Positions 1 through 12,910 of a stretch of 64,000 nt of DNA are shown piece by piece; the stretch's first letter is position 1; each line of letters begins with the position of its first letter. Position numbers and translations under genes: made by a program. This DNA comes from Eledone cirrhosa. Its lineage: Eukaryota. The stretch covers positions 314,402,001 through 314,466,000 of the forward strand of contig OZ024742.1 in assembly GCA_964016885.1 (NCBI GenBank), in the 5' to 3' direction. The notes below the pieces were generated by a model that was not told where the DNA came from, made no database searches, and saw nothing but the letters and a program-made list of their open reading frames with translations.

Positions 1-558
1 TCAAAACTGACCAATGGGAGAGTGACCTTACAAATCTTTATAACACGGAGATGGGTATAACACACACACATTTTATTTGATTATTTTATTTTGTTCCTTT
101 ACCACCTTATTCCTTCTACCACTTCATCATTTTTTTGAGCTGACTCCAACAACAACACCACTACCAACATAAGTATAGAGGTCAGATGTACCTAACAATA
201 ACAAGAACAACCCACTACAGATTGGCTTGCCTCAGAACGAATTATCTATAGACTTTTGACTGAGGAATGTTCTAACAACTGACCAATGAGAGGAGAAGAG
301 GCCCTTTGACGCTGAAATTCGGTTGTTTAAATTCATATGATTCCAGTTCCTCAGTGAAATAACAACCCAACCAGGAACTGGGCATATCAGAGTATTGACA
401 AATTTAAACACCTTAACAACATGTGTACTCGTCTCTACCACGCTAATTCGGACTGCCTGAAGAGGTCACAGCCAAAGATGGCTGTCACCGAAATATATAT
501 AGCAGTAATAAACGAAGCCAAATTTTAAACATTTGACTTAATTATTTTGTTTTATTTT
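1..558 (+). mobile_element. 3' portion of a PLE pseudo-LTR / HHR element ending in (TA)n
   Basis: Contains the HHR at 452-506, followed by AATAAA (507-512), a T-rich tail and a (TA)n junction; truncated by the window edge. Confidence 0.6.
452..506 (+). ncRNA. Type-I hammerhead ribozyme
   Basis: ACTGC-CTGAAGA-GGT.ACAGCCA aaga TGGCTGT.ACC-GAAA-TATATA-TA-GCAGT: stems I and II pair, palindromic stem III, predicted cut after AUA. Confidence 0.85.
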
Positions 559-764
559 ATATATATATATATATATACACACAGAGGTATCAACAGTAAG
601 TTGTGGGATCTATTATATCTAGAAACGATCGTAAAGCAGTGAAGTATATCTCTAATGACTTTTATATTTTTTATTTCACAGTTTTTATTTCATTTTTTTA
701 TTTCATTTTTTTTTCATTTGTTTTTCATTTTTTATTTCATTTTTATTTCATTGTTTTAACTTAT

Positions 765-871
765 ACTGCCGTCGGGGTCATACTTTTTCCTATTTCCCAC
801 TCTACTACCCTAAGTATTGAGTACTCTGGTGCGTTATGGTCCATCTGGTTCCTTACCACATTTCATTTGTT
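765..871 (+). mobile_element. Short (TA)n-inserted family A fragment (also 32621-32759, 35791-35983, 52432-52592)
   Basis: Four recognisable copies share GCCGTCGGGGTC...GTATTGAGTA...GTTATGGTCCA and all end in ...GTT-(TA)n. Confidence 0.75.
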
Positions 872-890
872 ATATATATATATATATATA

Positions 891-1020
891 TCACCTTGTT
901 CACCTTGACCGACCAGTCTGTCGGGTGCCAATCGGCGCCGCTCGTCACACAACGTCGTGCTGTTTTAGCCATAAGATAACGCCATCCCACTGGCTGGGCG
1001 GGCAGGCCGGTACTCATTTC
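891..1020 (-). mobile_element. Short retroposon sharing its 3' tail with the RTE LINE at 27893-28538
   Basis: 891-927 is the reverse complement of 28502-28538 (CCCGACAGACT.GTCGGTCAAGGTGA.CAAGGTGA) apart from a few mismatches. Confidence 0.6.
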
Positions 1021-1037
1021 TATATATACACACACAC

Positions 1038-1068
<31 letters not shown>

Positions 1069-1081
1069 TGTGTGTGTGTGT

Positions 1082-1114
<33 letters not shown>

Positions 1115-1488
1115 AGTGCCTATCTATCTGCCTATCGATCCACCATCCTATCTTTATTTCCATATATCTGTCTACCTGACAATAGTTATATGTTTACCAA
1201 AGATCTATTTTGAAAAGAAAAATAGTCTCAACCAAAGAATACAAATCCCAATAGCATTCCTCTTATATATAGACAGAAAATATAAAAGAGAATTGTTATT
1301 TATTTATTGCATGAACAATGAAATACGATAGTCAGAGTGTCAGGAGGTAGGAGGTCAAAAATAGTCGAACAAGCCTCTTTACAGAGGACGTTGCAATAAA
1401 AGAATTCAGGCTGGTTGGTTGGTTCGATAATGACTGAATTTTTATTTTGTCTCTCTCCTTTGTTCTGGCCTACAGCATCTTGTTTTTG

Positions 1489-1541
1489 TATTTTGTCACT
1501 GATGAGGTCACAGAAGGTGTGACGAAAGAGCTTTGAAAATA
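1489..1541 (+). ncRNA. Probable type-I hammerhead ribozyme
   Basis: CTGATGA-G-GTCACA gaagg TGTGAC-GAAA-GAGC-TT with imperfect stem I; enclosed by the inverted repeat 1409-1430/1560-1581. Confidence 0.6.
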
Positions 1542-1759
1542 TCTAGATAAGCCATAAGCTTATCGAACCAACCAACCAGCCAACCAACCGCAAATCTTTA
1601 ATAAATTGAAGTGAAAACTACAGGTGCGTGTGTTTTAATTGGCAGCATGACCCTCCCAAAGTATAAAAATATAAATTTCAATACACGTTTTCAGATTAGA
1701 AATCTTGCAAAACAAATTCAAAAACGAAGTAAAAACCACAGACCCTCCATCTCAACTCA

Positions 1760-1797
1760 CCTTTTGAAAAGCAGAAGAACTGCGAAACCGGTAAAGG
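1760..1797 (+). ncRNA. Minimal type-I hammerhead, U3-A8 core variant
   Basis: CCTT-TTGAAAA-GCAG aagaa CTGC-GAAA-CCGG-TA-AAGG; decayed homolog on - strand at ~35311-35347. Confidence 0.8.
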
Positions 1798-1865
1798 AAC
1801 CAAATAAATATATATATTTAAAAAAAAATAAGACTTCAGTTGCATTTTCGATTTCATCCCTTTTT

Positions 1866-1899
<34 letters not shown>

Positions 1900-2109
1900 A
1901 AACAATGAAATTTCATTTCGCACTCTTAGTACGGCTGATACTTAAATATTAAATATGTATAATTCGGGCTGTTTGTTTACAAACAAACCGAACATTATAA
2001 TAAATGTTCGGTATAACCATACGTACATATATATGTATATGTGTGCTTGTTTGTATGTATATACATACTACTGTGCGTCTGTATACATATGTGTATGTAC
2101 GTATACATA

Positions 2110-2246
<137 letters not shown>

Positions 2247-2319
2247 ATATATACTTCGTTTTTGAATTTGTTTTGCCAAATTTCTTATCTGTAAACGTGT
2301 GTTGAAACAGATATTGTTA

Positions 2320-2802
2320 TACTTTGAAAGACGCTAACATCTCTGGTGATACATGGGAAAATGTTGCTTCTGATCGTAATAAATGGAGAAAGACTGTATA
2401 TGAGGGAAAAGTTGCCTTTGAGGCATCTCGAATCGCATACGAGAAAGTAAAGGAAGGGCATTGCTGTTGCACTTCCAGACGGCGAAGGTCCTCCTATGGC
2501 GCTGACATGCAGCGTCTGTGCGAGACTCTGCTTAAGCAAAGCTGGACTCGAAAGTCATCTTCGCAGTCATAAAGTAAGACCAGTGGTGACTACCAGGCTG
2601 CTGTTGAAGATACTACTCATCATGCTTGCCAAGCATGTGGTAGAGAATGTAAATCAGTAGGAGGGCTCAAACGACATGCAAAAGTAGATGAACTCCAACC
2701 ACAGCCGGCTATTCCCAGTGAATGTTTTGGTTGCCGACTCTGTGCAAGACATTTTAGATCATTGGCTGGGCTAAAAAGCCACATTCGATCGCAGCGCTGT
2801 TA
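2320..2802 (+). pseudogene. 3' end of RTE-clade LINE ORF with three C2H2-like zinc fingers (frameshifted)
   Basis: LKDANISGDTWENVASDRNKWRKTVYEG (RTE C-terminal W..DR..WR motif), then CSVC..GLESHLRSH, CQAC..GLKRH, CRLC..GLKSH. Confidence 0.7.
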
Positions 2803-2843
2803 ATTGCTATCGTGTGTGTATATATATATGTTTATGTGTGTGC

Positions 2844-2911
<68 letters not shown>

Positions 2912-3029
2912 TATTATTTTTGTTGTTGTCGTTATTATTATTGTTGTTATTATTATTATTATTGTTATTATTATGTTTTTTTCTTTTTCTCGTGCAATGG
3001 CCATTCTCGATAACGAGGGAGCAGGCATC

Positions 3030-3098
<69 letters not shown>

Positions 3099-3099
3099 T

Positions 3100-4383
3100 A
3101 ATATATTTAGAAACACACAGATACATGCGGACACACACATATACATGAATGCATCCACACCCAACCGTGAGTTAAGGGTGCCAACCTCACCGATGTTGCT
3201 CAATGAATGACTGGGACAGACCAATCCGGTTGAACTAGACTGAACCAGTATCAGAGTTAAAAATACATTATGAAGAGAGAAGGAACATTTAGATATAATT
3301 AGTAATAAAATGTACCATACCTAAACTGCTCCTAGATTCCTCGACTACGTAGTTTCGTGGCATAAACAAAAACAATACATCATAAAGATATAGAGTCCCT
3401 GCGAGGTCTGCCGACTTATCAAGAGGATACCTCATTTTACTAGTATCAAGAACGCGTCTACACGACGTGAGAAAGAATCCCAAAAGGCGGAGGGGGAGAT
3501 AGTCACGCGATATAACGGTCGAGAAACAGAGCTAAGCCTCTTATAACCCCGAAGAAAATACCACAGAGGCGGAGGGGATATTCATATCGAAGCCGTAGAA
3601 GAGGTGTTGAAGGAGGCGAGAAGTATGAGTAATGGCAGCTTTCCAGCAGTCACCACACTTCAAAGATTACTCAAACAGAGAGGGAGTTATTAACAATATA
3701 TTTAGAAACACACAGATACATGCGGAGCAGTTTAGGTATGATACATTTTATTACTAATTATATCTAAATGTTCCTTCTCTCTTCATAATGTATTTTTAAC
3801 TCTGATACTGGTTCAGTCTAGTTCAACCGGATTGGTCTGTCCCAGTCATTCATTGAGCAACATCGGTGAGGTTGGCACCCTTAACTCACGGTTGGGTGTG
3901 GATGCATTCATGTATATGTGTGTGTCCGCATGTATCTGTGTGTTTCTAAATATATTTTTAATAACTCCCTCTCTGGTTGAGTAATCTTTGAAGTGTGGTG
4001 GCTGCCGGAAAGCTGCCATTACTCATACTTCTCGCCTCCTTCACCACCTATTCTACGGCTTCGATATGAATACCCCCTCCGCCTCTGTGGTATTTTCTTC
4101 GGGGTTATAAGAGGCTTAGCTCTGTTTCTCGACCGTTATATCGCGTGACTATCTCCCCCTCCGCCTTTTGGGATTCTTTCTCACGTCGTGTAGACGCGTT
4201 CTTGATACTAGTAAAATGAGGTATCCTCTTGATAAGTCGGCAGACCTCGCAGGGACTCTATATCTTTATGATGTATTGTTTTTGTTTATGCCACGAAACT
4301 ACGTAGTCGAGGAATATAGGAGCAGTTTAGGTATGATACATTTTATTACTAGTTATATCTAAATGTTCCTTCTCTCTTCATAA
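3100..4383. mobile_element. ORF-less retrozyme-like element B: 595-nt unit, inverted (- 3100-3726; + 3724-4383), in (TA)n
   Basis: Direct repeats with 595-nt period on each arm; arms are near-perfect reverse complements; one HHR per arm. Confidence 0.85.
4224..4313 (+). ncRNA. Hammerhead, U3-A8 variant with ~60-nt stem II (mirror copy 3338-3427, -)
   Basis: TCCTC-TTGATAA-GT.GGCA...TGCCAC-GAAA-CTACGTAG-TC-GAGGA; palindromic stem III, GUC site. Confidence 0.75.
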
Positions 4384-4506
4384 TATATATATATATATGT
4401 ATATATATATGTGTGTGTGTGGATGGGTGTGTGTGGGTGTGTGTGGGTGTGTGTGTGGGTGTGTGTATGTGTGGGTGTGTGTATGTATATATGTATATAT
4501 ATATAA

Positions 4507-4538
<32 letters not shown>

Positions 4539-4644
4539 GTTAGAATTGGTGCTCTGAAATAGCCATATATATATGAATGTATATATAGTGTATTGCAAAA
4601 TACACTATATATACATATATATATGTATTTGTCTGTATGTATAT

Positions 4645-4830
4645 ATATTCAATATAGATATGTCTTCGGGTCTAGAACTGGTTCATTCGACGCAAATCAT
4701 CAGCTGGATTTCCTTCGAATGAAACAGTTCTAGTCCTGTAGAAGCCATTTCTATATTAAATATTTATACTCTGCTATGTATTGAGTATGTTACTTACTGT
4801 GGTTATCCCCGATTGAACCCGAAATACACC
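4645..4830 (+). mobile_element. Small fold-back element C (imperfect palindrome ~4645-4760 plus tail)
   Basis: CTAGAACTG..TTCATTCGA / TCGAATGAA..CAGTTCTAG arms; CTGATGA on - strand in the loop; bulged hairpin at 4768-4786. Confidence 0.55.
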
Positions 4831-6884
4831 CCCCACACATATATATGCATACATGCATATATGCATACATACATGCCTATATGTGTATCCTTGTATGTTT
4901 ATATGTAATTGTGTATGTATGGGTATGGCTCTGCCAAGTTTTAGTTATAACATTTTTTAGCGTGATAATTGAAAAACTGTGTTTTACTTTTTCCTGTGCT
5001 TTAGTATTTTATATATATTATTATATTATAATTTTCTGAGATAGGAATTCATTTTAGTTCGATGAAATCCAACATATGTTTGACTTATAATTTTGTGTTT
5101 TTTATCTTATTTTTCACTCTCTCTTATTGAACATCAACTCAAACACATGCAAATTTAATGTATTATATAGTGTTTCGAATTTTAAAGACTAAGCCCTTTT
5201 CGGGGAGATCAGTCACGCAGCGGAGAATGATTTTTTCTACAACTAAAAGTTTTATAATATATAACGTCGAACTAGAACTAAAAGCAATCGATACAGACAA
5301 GAAGGAGGAAAACGTGCAGCAGTGCGCTGCAAATACAAATATAATATTCAAAAAGATAAAACAGAAAAACATCAAACGAAATAATTTCTCTCTTATCACG
5401 AGGGAGTTTTTGAAACCGAATGATGATGGGTTCATAATAATAAAGTCGTGGTTTCGATTCCCTGACTGAGTAGTGCATTGTGTTCTTGAGAAAAGCACAT
5501 CATCACTTTTCATCACTTTAAGATGTTTCATTTCCTTTTTTCTGAAATTGAGTAATATTTGATTTAGCTGAAAATGAGCAACTGTAGGTTAGCACTGCGA
5601 CACCCGACTGACTTCGAGAGCATCGAGGAGTTTTGTACTCTTAATCACTTAATGCTTATGAAACAGGCATATTATTCTGGTTGTGTCCAAACGACCGAGA
5701 CAAGCATGGAAAGACAGGCGGAAAATGTTCATTCTAGATCTCCTGTTATACAGAACGCAAATTAAATTGTTAGCAAAATGAACATTACAAACGTAAAAAT
5801 TAAGTTTTCAAGATAGGGTACACTGCTATTAAAATCTAGTGGAGAATGAACTTTCAAAAGTATCTAAAACAGCATACATTCAGTGCATAAGAAGCCTCAA
5901 CAAGATGTAATAAGTAAATATCAAGCCTCAACAATATGTAATAAGTAAATATTGTTTTACGTTTCTTTTTCTCATGCTTGTATGAACTATATGACTGCAA
6001 CTCGGTTTCGAGTGAGGGCATCGCTTGATACTTAAGCATGACCATCACTGACGAGTGGTGTTCTAGTCCTGCTAAGGACTGGCTTAAGGCCAGCAATGCT
6101 ATGCATCGCAGAAAATGTCACAGATCAAGCGATCGTTTGCTTGAATCTTTTTAAGTGACGAAAGGCTTTGCACAGAGCCAATGCCATTCTCTGAACATCG
6201 GATGCAAACTAAGACGCAGGTTCTGTATCAGAGTGACTTCTCCTAGATAGATGTCTTAATGAAGACTAGGAGTCTCTCGCTACGCAAAAAAGAAAACTTT
6301 CTTGGATGGTCGTTGACTCTCCTGAGTTCCTTTGATGGGTTATGTTTTCCAATCCGTTCCTTTGATGGGTTATGTTTTCCAATCCGTAAGATGTCAAAAT
6401 TCCTCCTTCTCACCAAGCAAGCCTGGTTAGGTTTGCCGGTTTAGTTGCCGACGGCCCGACCATGTACAGGGTTACATGTTACCAGTAGCACTGAAGAGTG
6501 ACATGACATAATATATATACATATTTTTTTTCCTGAAAGTGTGGTTATACCCAATAAAGAAATAGTCCCCAATATGTAATCATAGAGGTAAATATACTAT
6601 ATTGTATAAAATACATGGCAAACTGATGTATATATTTGTAAGTAATCAATCAGAGTTTCCTGAAGCAAGGTTGACTTTCTGAACGCAGCCGATGAACGAG
6701 AAGAAATCAATTTGCCTCAGGAAACTCTGAGTACAGGGGAATGTATACACCGGATTGCCATGCATTATATACTTTGCTTTTCATTTTTACGGGTAGGCGT
6801 CGACAAAATAAAACACAAGCGATGCACTGGGATACCTGCTGGCTCTGTGCCAAAAGTAGAAACAATTATATAGAGTATACACAA

Positions 6885-6932
<48 letters not shown>

Positions 6933-6982
6933 GGCAACTAATTGTGTTAAAGTAACAGAACTAATCATGAAGTAACACTACA

Positions 6983-7144
<162 letters not shown>

Positions 7145-8665
7145 AAGAATCAAAGAACTGTTCAAAACATTATTGTGCTTACAGCTGTTTCCTCCAAACC
7201 GAGGTTTGGATTCTTCGGAGCAATTTATTAATGCATGGACAGTTATATGACCTCCTTTTCAGCCGAGAGACATACCAATACATATTCAAACATTGATACA
7301 TATTCAAACATTGTGGGTCAACATTCATTACAAAATTTAGAGTGGCAGTACACACTTCGAGATTACATTTATATTAATAGGTACAATCAAAAATCAAAGA
7401 TATAGGTTAAAGTACAACATGAAGATAAGTGGTTATATAGTGCAAATGTTATATGTGTGGCACGCATGTGCGTCTTGTTTATATAGTGTGGCAGAGAGAT
7501 ATGTGTGGTAGAGGCACTTAGGTAGGTAAATAAGAGTGTTAGGTTGGTAGATCTGGTGGCAAAGTCTTTATATGATTGATGTAGTCTGTGTGTGGAGAAA
7601 TATTATAAGCATTAAAGATAGTGCAAGCATTAAAAGAGTTATAAGTATTGGAGATGCACAACGCAGGGATGTCAAGTAATTCATGTACTTCGGCATTTTC
7701 ATGGTCAAGGGAGTGTATATTTCGATTATATGCCTTTCACATAATCCACGACAATCCAGTTAGAGATCGTAGTCTGGTGTTCTTTAGTTCGATACAGGAG
7801 GTTGTTACGTTTCGAGAGACGCCATTGAATACCGGAAGTGTGTGTGTGGCTAAGGGGAGTTAATGCATGCGGGGAGGTAACTCTGGGGTTTCTATATCCA
7901 GCCATTAAAATGTGTCCCAATATGGACCCTAAATTCTATGGTGAGGTGCACCTTCCAAGAGAGACTTTTAAAGCATAAAGTGTACTAACTATAGAGTAGT
8001 TTAACTAAATTATGCTGAAGGTGATCATATTATTATTAAGGTGGATTAACCCATCTTAAGGTGCTACAAATGGAAATTATAGATGATGAGCGAGGATTCT
8101 AAATTAATGATCTCCGTGGTTGTAGTCTGCTCATATGACCAGGCGCGGTGATTGCAGGATTGCTTCAGGACCCAATGATCTCTGGTAAGATCTGGGTCAT
8201 CGCTTGCTACATTGGATGTCGAAAGATAATCGTCCCCAGGCAGGCCAAAGGTCAATCCGCAGTCCTCGCGACCCCTCTCTGACCGTCAGATCATCCATAT
8301 ACGTACAACCCGCACGGCAGTTGCATTGCATTCACTCACTGCGCTCAGCAGCCCGGTCCTACTGGTCAACAGCGCTACTCGATTAAATCATTTTACATCT
8401 GTCTAAGGAAGGTGTTTCCTCAGCCCAATACCATCCAACCGATCAATTCATGCTCAAATTACCCTTAGAGCGGTGTAGTGCCGTCCAGGTGGGTGGATGT
8501 TGTCACACCTGCCGTAGAGGTATAAATGGGTATTTTCCCTGCGAAGGGTTCCAGAGGGATGTCGTTGTTTGTGTTATAAAGGATCAGCTAGTGTTGGGTA
8601 TGTAGTATAGGGTGTGTCTCTGGTGTTTGATGCTAGATGTGGTGTTAGGTTCCAGTCCGACATTG

Positions 8666-11125
8666 CTATATATAGGGCTTAAAGTTTTGGAAGGAATGTC
8701 TGAGGCGGTGCTGGCAAGTTGCAAACACCTCAGATTTTTTGTTAAGTAGGTTACGGTTGGAGAAGATAATATTGTGTGTCTCTAGTATACAGAGGTTACA
8801 GAATTTATTAGGTGGTTTGTACGAGGTCGCGCTGCCTATCACTTCCCATTTGAGTGTGTATGGTTTATTTTTAGATTTTAGATAGTGTATGTAGCTAGAA
8901 AGTGAGGTGGAGTTGGCTAGGCTGTGCTTTTTGAACGAGTGGATGTGCGAGTTATATCTAATTTTGAAGCAGTTAGAAGTGGAGCCTACATAGGTTTCTG
9001 AAGAGTTATTAGTCGTGACTGTGCATGAGTATATGACATCCTTGGTTAGGCATTTTTTATCTAAAGGGCAGGTTCTATTAGCTCTACAGTTACAATTATT
9101 CTGTGCGTTAGTCCGCTGGTTATAATGCAATGCGGAAGTCTGTGTGGTGGATATAGGATTTTGGGTGTTCAGGTTGACAACCCTGGTGTTATTACTTATA
9201 CTAGTGTTATTTCTATTGTTACTGCCGTTGCTATTGTTGCTTGCTACAGTGGTATTTAGAGGGTTTGCATCCCGTTGTGATTTTGTTTGTTGGAAGTAAG
9301 AACTAATTTTACTATTATTGCTGCTAGCTATGTGGTATGCTAAGTTAGGCGTCGTAGAGTATGAGATTTTAATGGTGTTTTTGTTTAAGAGGTTGTGGTA
9401 CTTGTGTCCTAGAGGGAAGTTTTTATCTAGTAGTGAGAAGAAAGCCCTAGGTATGTTGGTGGAGACATTTAGGTTGAAAGGAGGGTTGAAAAATGTATTA
9501 TTTCTTCTTCTATTTTTGCTTTTAGTGTTTGGTGTGTTGCTTCCTCCTAAGGCCTCACAGTAGTTTCCATGGTAATGGTTACTTCCGGTGGCACCCTCCG
9601 CTTTGGTGTACTTGTGGTTGCTATTCCTATTATTAGATTTCCTCATGGACATGTTGTGCGAGATGATGTTGTAGCTATGTGTTTTCTTAGGTAGGAACTC
9701 TATTTCTATATTATGGCCGGAGCTAGCTAATGCTTGATTGTAATATTGTGAGTTTTTGCTAAATATGTTTGCGTCATAGGACAGACTAGAGATTCTATTG
9801 GACACCCCCTTAGAGATAGAGTTTAATATTGATCTAGGGTGATTAGACTTGGTATCTACGTAAATAAGTTTCTCATTAGGCTTATGGAAAGGTGTATATA
9901 TTTTTGAGTCTAGGTATAGTGTGGCGTCTAGGAAGTTAACATTTTTAGTGTTTTTGTCCATGGTGATACTAAGGTTAAAGTTTTTGAATGTCTTATGCAG
10001 TTGTTTTCTAGTTCTTTCTATATTAAATTTTTTATATTCTATGAGTAGAAGTGCATCATCGCGGTACAAACCACCGTTGAGGTAAGGGAGGTCTTTATGG
10101 ATTTCATTGAGGAGGTATAGGCCGACCAAATCAGTGACCTGCGCCGAGTCACTAGATCCCATGGTTATGTCGAAGTTGTTGTGCGTATCCTTGCGTGTCC
10201 ATAGTTGGTCCTCGAAGGTGATTATGGTTTTACGGGCCGCAAGGATGACATCAACCTGGGCTCTAGTCAGGTCGCTATTGGTCATGGCCATGATAAGTGC
10301 CTTATTTAATAGGATAGGGGAAATAGAGGTGTAGTATGAATTGATATCAAATTGAATAAATTTTTTGTTCTTATTATTCTTGATATCCTTAAACCATTCA
10401 ATTACTTCACCCGTATTTCCCCATTGTTTAAGGTGTATCTTGTGTTTAATTTGTGGGATGATTTTATCCAAAATCTTCTTGCTGATAATACCAATGTCGG
10501 ACTTGGAAGGGCAGATAAGTCTTATCGTGGGGTTGCTGATGAAGTTCTCCTTATGGTCCTTCAGAGAGAATCTAGGGGGGTTCGGAGTGAAAGGTTGTGT
10601 ATGCCTCTGTAGTCCTAGTTTAGACACTATATTATAACCCTCTACATTAATATCTTCTAAGTTTTTCAAGGTGGTTTTTTTGTAGCTTTTATGTAGTTCA
10701 TTATATATAAACTTTCTATAAGTAATATAATCTAGGCTGTATATGTTATTAGTTTTATCTGCGTGTACAATAATGTTATTACTAGTTTTGAATCCACTAA
10801 TAGAAGTGTTAAGTTTGTTTAAGAAGGTGTTGCTTCTAATATGGTGCTTATTGTATTTAATGTTCTTAACTAGTTTAACTAGGTCATTTTCAAAGGAGTT
10901 AAGTAGAGTGTTATGAGGGGGGCTTTTAAAGGTTTTAAAGCCGAAGGAGTCAAAATTGTTAGTATTATTCAAGTTGTTAGATTTGTTTCTATCATAATGG
11001 AATGTCCTCCATCTCACTCTATTGATAAATGAATTTACACTGTTGATCAGCAATTTCTCATATGTATTCCTGGATGGTATTGGTATGTTCTTGGTTGACA
11101 TGGGGAGTTGGTCTTTGATTAGCAT
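8666..11125 (-). CDS. PLE reverse transcriptase + C-terminal GIY-YIG endonuclease (819 aa, uninterrupted)
   Basis: ADKT, KDHK..RLICP, QFDINSYYTSI, ITMGS, LYRDD, VNFLD RT motifs; CxCx5Cx5C linker (CNCRANRTCPLDKKC); VIY..YVG..R...H, CNLC..E..LLN..CQH. Confidence 0.93.
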   Translation of the reverse strand: MLIKDQLPMSTKNIPIPSRNTYEKLLINSVNSFINRVRWRTFHYDRNKSNNLNNTNNFDSFGFKTFKSPPHNTLLNSFENDLVKLVKNIKYNKHHIRSNTFLNKLNTSISGFKTSNNIIVHADKTNNIYSLDYITYRKFIYNELHKSYKKTTLKNLEDINVEGYNIVSKLGLQRHTQPFTPNPPRFSLKDHKENFISNPTIRLICPSKSDIGIISKKILDKIIPQIKHKIHLKQWGNTGEVIEWFKDIKNNKNKKFIQFDINSYYTSISPILLNKALIMAMTNSDLTRAQVDVILAARKTIITFEDQLWTRKDTHNNFDITMGSSDSAQVTDLVGLYLLNEIHKDLPYLNGGLYRDDALLLIEYKKFNIERTRKQLHKTFKNFNLSITMDKNTKNVNFLDATLYLDSKIYTPFHKPNEKLIYVDTKSNHPRSILNSISKGVSNRISSLSYDANIFSKNSQYYNQALASSGHNIEIEFLPKKTHSYNIISHNMSMRKSNNRNSNHKYTKAEGATGSNHYHGNYCEALGGSNTPNTKSKNRRRNNTFFNPPFNLNVSTNIPRAFFSLLDKNFPLGHKYHNLLNKNTIKISYSTTPNLAYHIASSNNSKISSYFQQTKSQRDANPLNTTVASNNSNGSNNRNNTSISNNTRVVNLNTQNPISTTQTSALHYNQRTNAQNNCNCRANRTCPLDKKCLTKDVIYSCTVTTNNSSETYVGSTSNCFKIRYNSHIHSFKKHSLANSTSLSSYIHYLKSKNKPYTLKWEVIGSATSYKPPNKFCNLCILETHNIIFSNRNLLNKKSEVFATCQHRLRHSFQNFKPYI

Positions 11126-12910
11126 ATTGGCAATATTATATGTCAGCTCAACGATATGGAGCAGTTAATAGTATTAGTTATACTATTTATGGTTATGTAA
11201 ACACAAAACCTTAAGCAGTTGTAAGTATTTTACACACACCCTAAATAGTGGTAGGCAGTAATGTATTACTACCTTATTACCAGTAAGTTAAGTAGCTCAA
11301 TGTAAAAACATCAGAAGATTTACAGAGCAGTTATATGAAATATAAGAATCAAAGAACTGTTCAAAACATTATTGTGCTTACAGCTGTTTCCTCCAAACCG
11401 AGGTTTGGATTCTTCGGAGCAATTTATTAATGCATGGACAGTTATATGACCTCCTTTTCAGCCGAGAGACATACCAATACATATTCAAACATTGATACAT
11501 ATTCAAACATTGTGGGTCAACATTCATTACAAAATTTAGAGTGGCAGTACACACTTCGAGATTACATTTATATTAATAGGTACAATCAAAAATCAAAGAT
11601 ATAGGTTAAAGTACAACATGAAGATAAGTGGTTATATAGTGCAAATGTTATATGTGTGGCACGCATGTGCGTCTTGTTTATATAGTGTGGCAGAGAGATA
11701 TGTGTGGTAGAGGCACTTAGGTAGGTAAATAAGAGTGTTAGGTTGGTAGATCTGGTGGCAAAGTCTTTATATGATTGATGTAGTCTGTGTGTGGAGAAAT
11801 ATTATAAGCATTAAAGATAGTGCAAGCATTAAAAGAGTTATAAGTATTGGAGATGCACAACGCAGGGATGTCAAGTAATTCATGTACTTCGGCATTTTCA
11901 TGGTCAAGGGAGTGTATATTTCGATTATATGCCTTTCACATAATCCACGACAATCCAGTTAGAGATCGTAGTCTGGTGTTCTTTAGTTCGATACAGGAGG
12001 TTGTTACGTTTCGAGAGACGCCATTGAATACCGGAAGTGTGTGTGTGGCTAAGGGGAGTTAATGCATGCGGGGAGGTAACTCTGGGGTTTCTATATCCAG
12101 CCATTAAAATGTGTCCCAATATGGACCCTAAATTCTATGGTGAGGTGCACCTTCCAAGAGAGACTTTTAAAGCATAAAGTGTACTAACTATAGAGTAGTT
12201 TAACTAAATTATGCTGAAGGTGATCATATTATTATTAAGGTGGATTAACCCATCTTAAGGTGCTACAAATGGAAATTATAGATGATGAGCGAGGATTCTA
12301 AATTAATGATCTCCGTGGTTGTAGTCTGCTCATATGACCAGGCGCGGTGATTGCAGGATTGCTTCAGGACCCAATGATCTCTGGTAAGATCTGGGTCATC
12401 GCTTGCTACATTGGATGTCGAAAGATAATCGTCCCCAGGCAGGCCAAAGGTCAATCCGCAGTCCTCGCGACCCCTCTCTGACCGTCAGATCATCCATATA
12501 CGTACAACCCGCACGGCAGTTGCATTGCATTCACTCACTGCGCTCAGCAGCCCGGTCCTACTGGTCAACAGCGCTACTCGATTAAATCATTTTACATCTG
12601 TCTAAGGAAGGTGTTTCCTCAGCCCAATACCATCCAACCGATCAATTCATGCTCAAATTACCCTTAGAGCGGTGTAGTGCCGTCCAGGTGGGTGGATGTT
12701 GTCACACCTGCCGTAGAGGTATAAATGGGTATTTTCCCTGCGAAGGGTTCCAGAGGGATGTCGTTGTTTGTGTTATAAAGGATCAGCTAGTGTTGGGTAT
12801 GTAGTATAGGGTGTGTCTCTGGTGTTTGATGCTAGATGTGGTGTTAGGTTCCAGTCCGACATTGCTATATATAGGGCTTAAAGTTTTGGAAGGAATGTCT
12901 GAGGCGGTGC

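Noticed and set aside
3550-3605. CCGAAGA...GAAGCCGTA as a second HHR in family B
   Set aside because: Lacks GAAA and a properly adjacent stem I
6650-6730. Hairpin enclosing CCGATGA...GAAA
   Set aside because: No credible stem II; at best a decayed HHR
7648-8386. Small ORFs repeated three times in the PLE 3' region
   Set aside because: Repeated only because the DNA is duplicated; no motifs and not conserved in the related element
9318-10637. Antisense ORFs over the RT gene
   Set aside because: Shadow frames of a biased coding strand
8666-11125. Naiad-type selenoprotein PLE
   Set aside because: Endonuclease is C-terminal, there is no in-frame TGA, and the ORF ends in TAG
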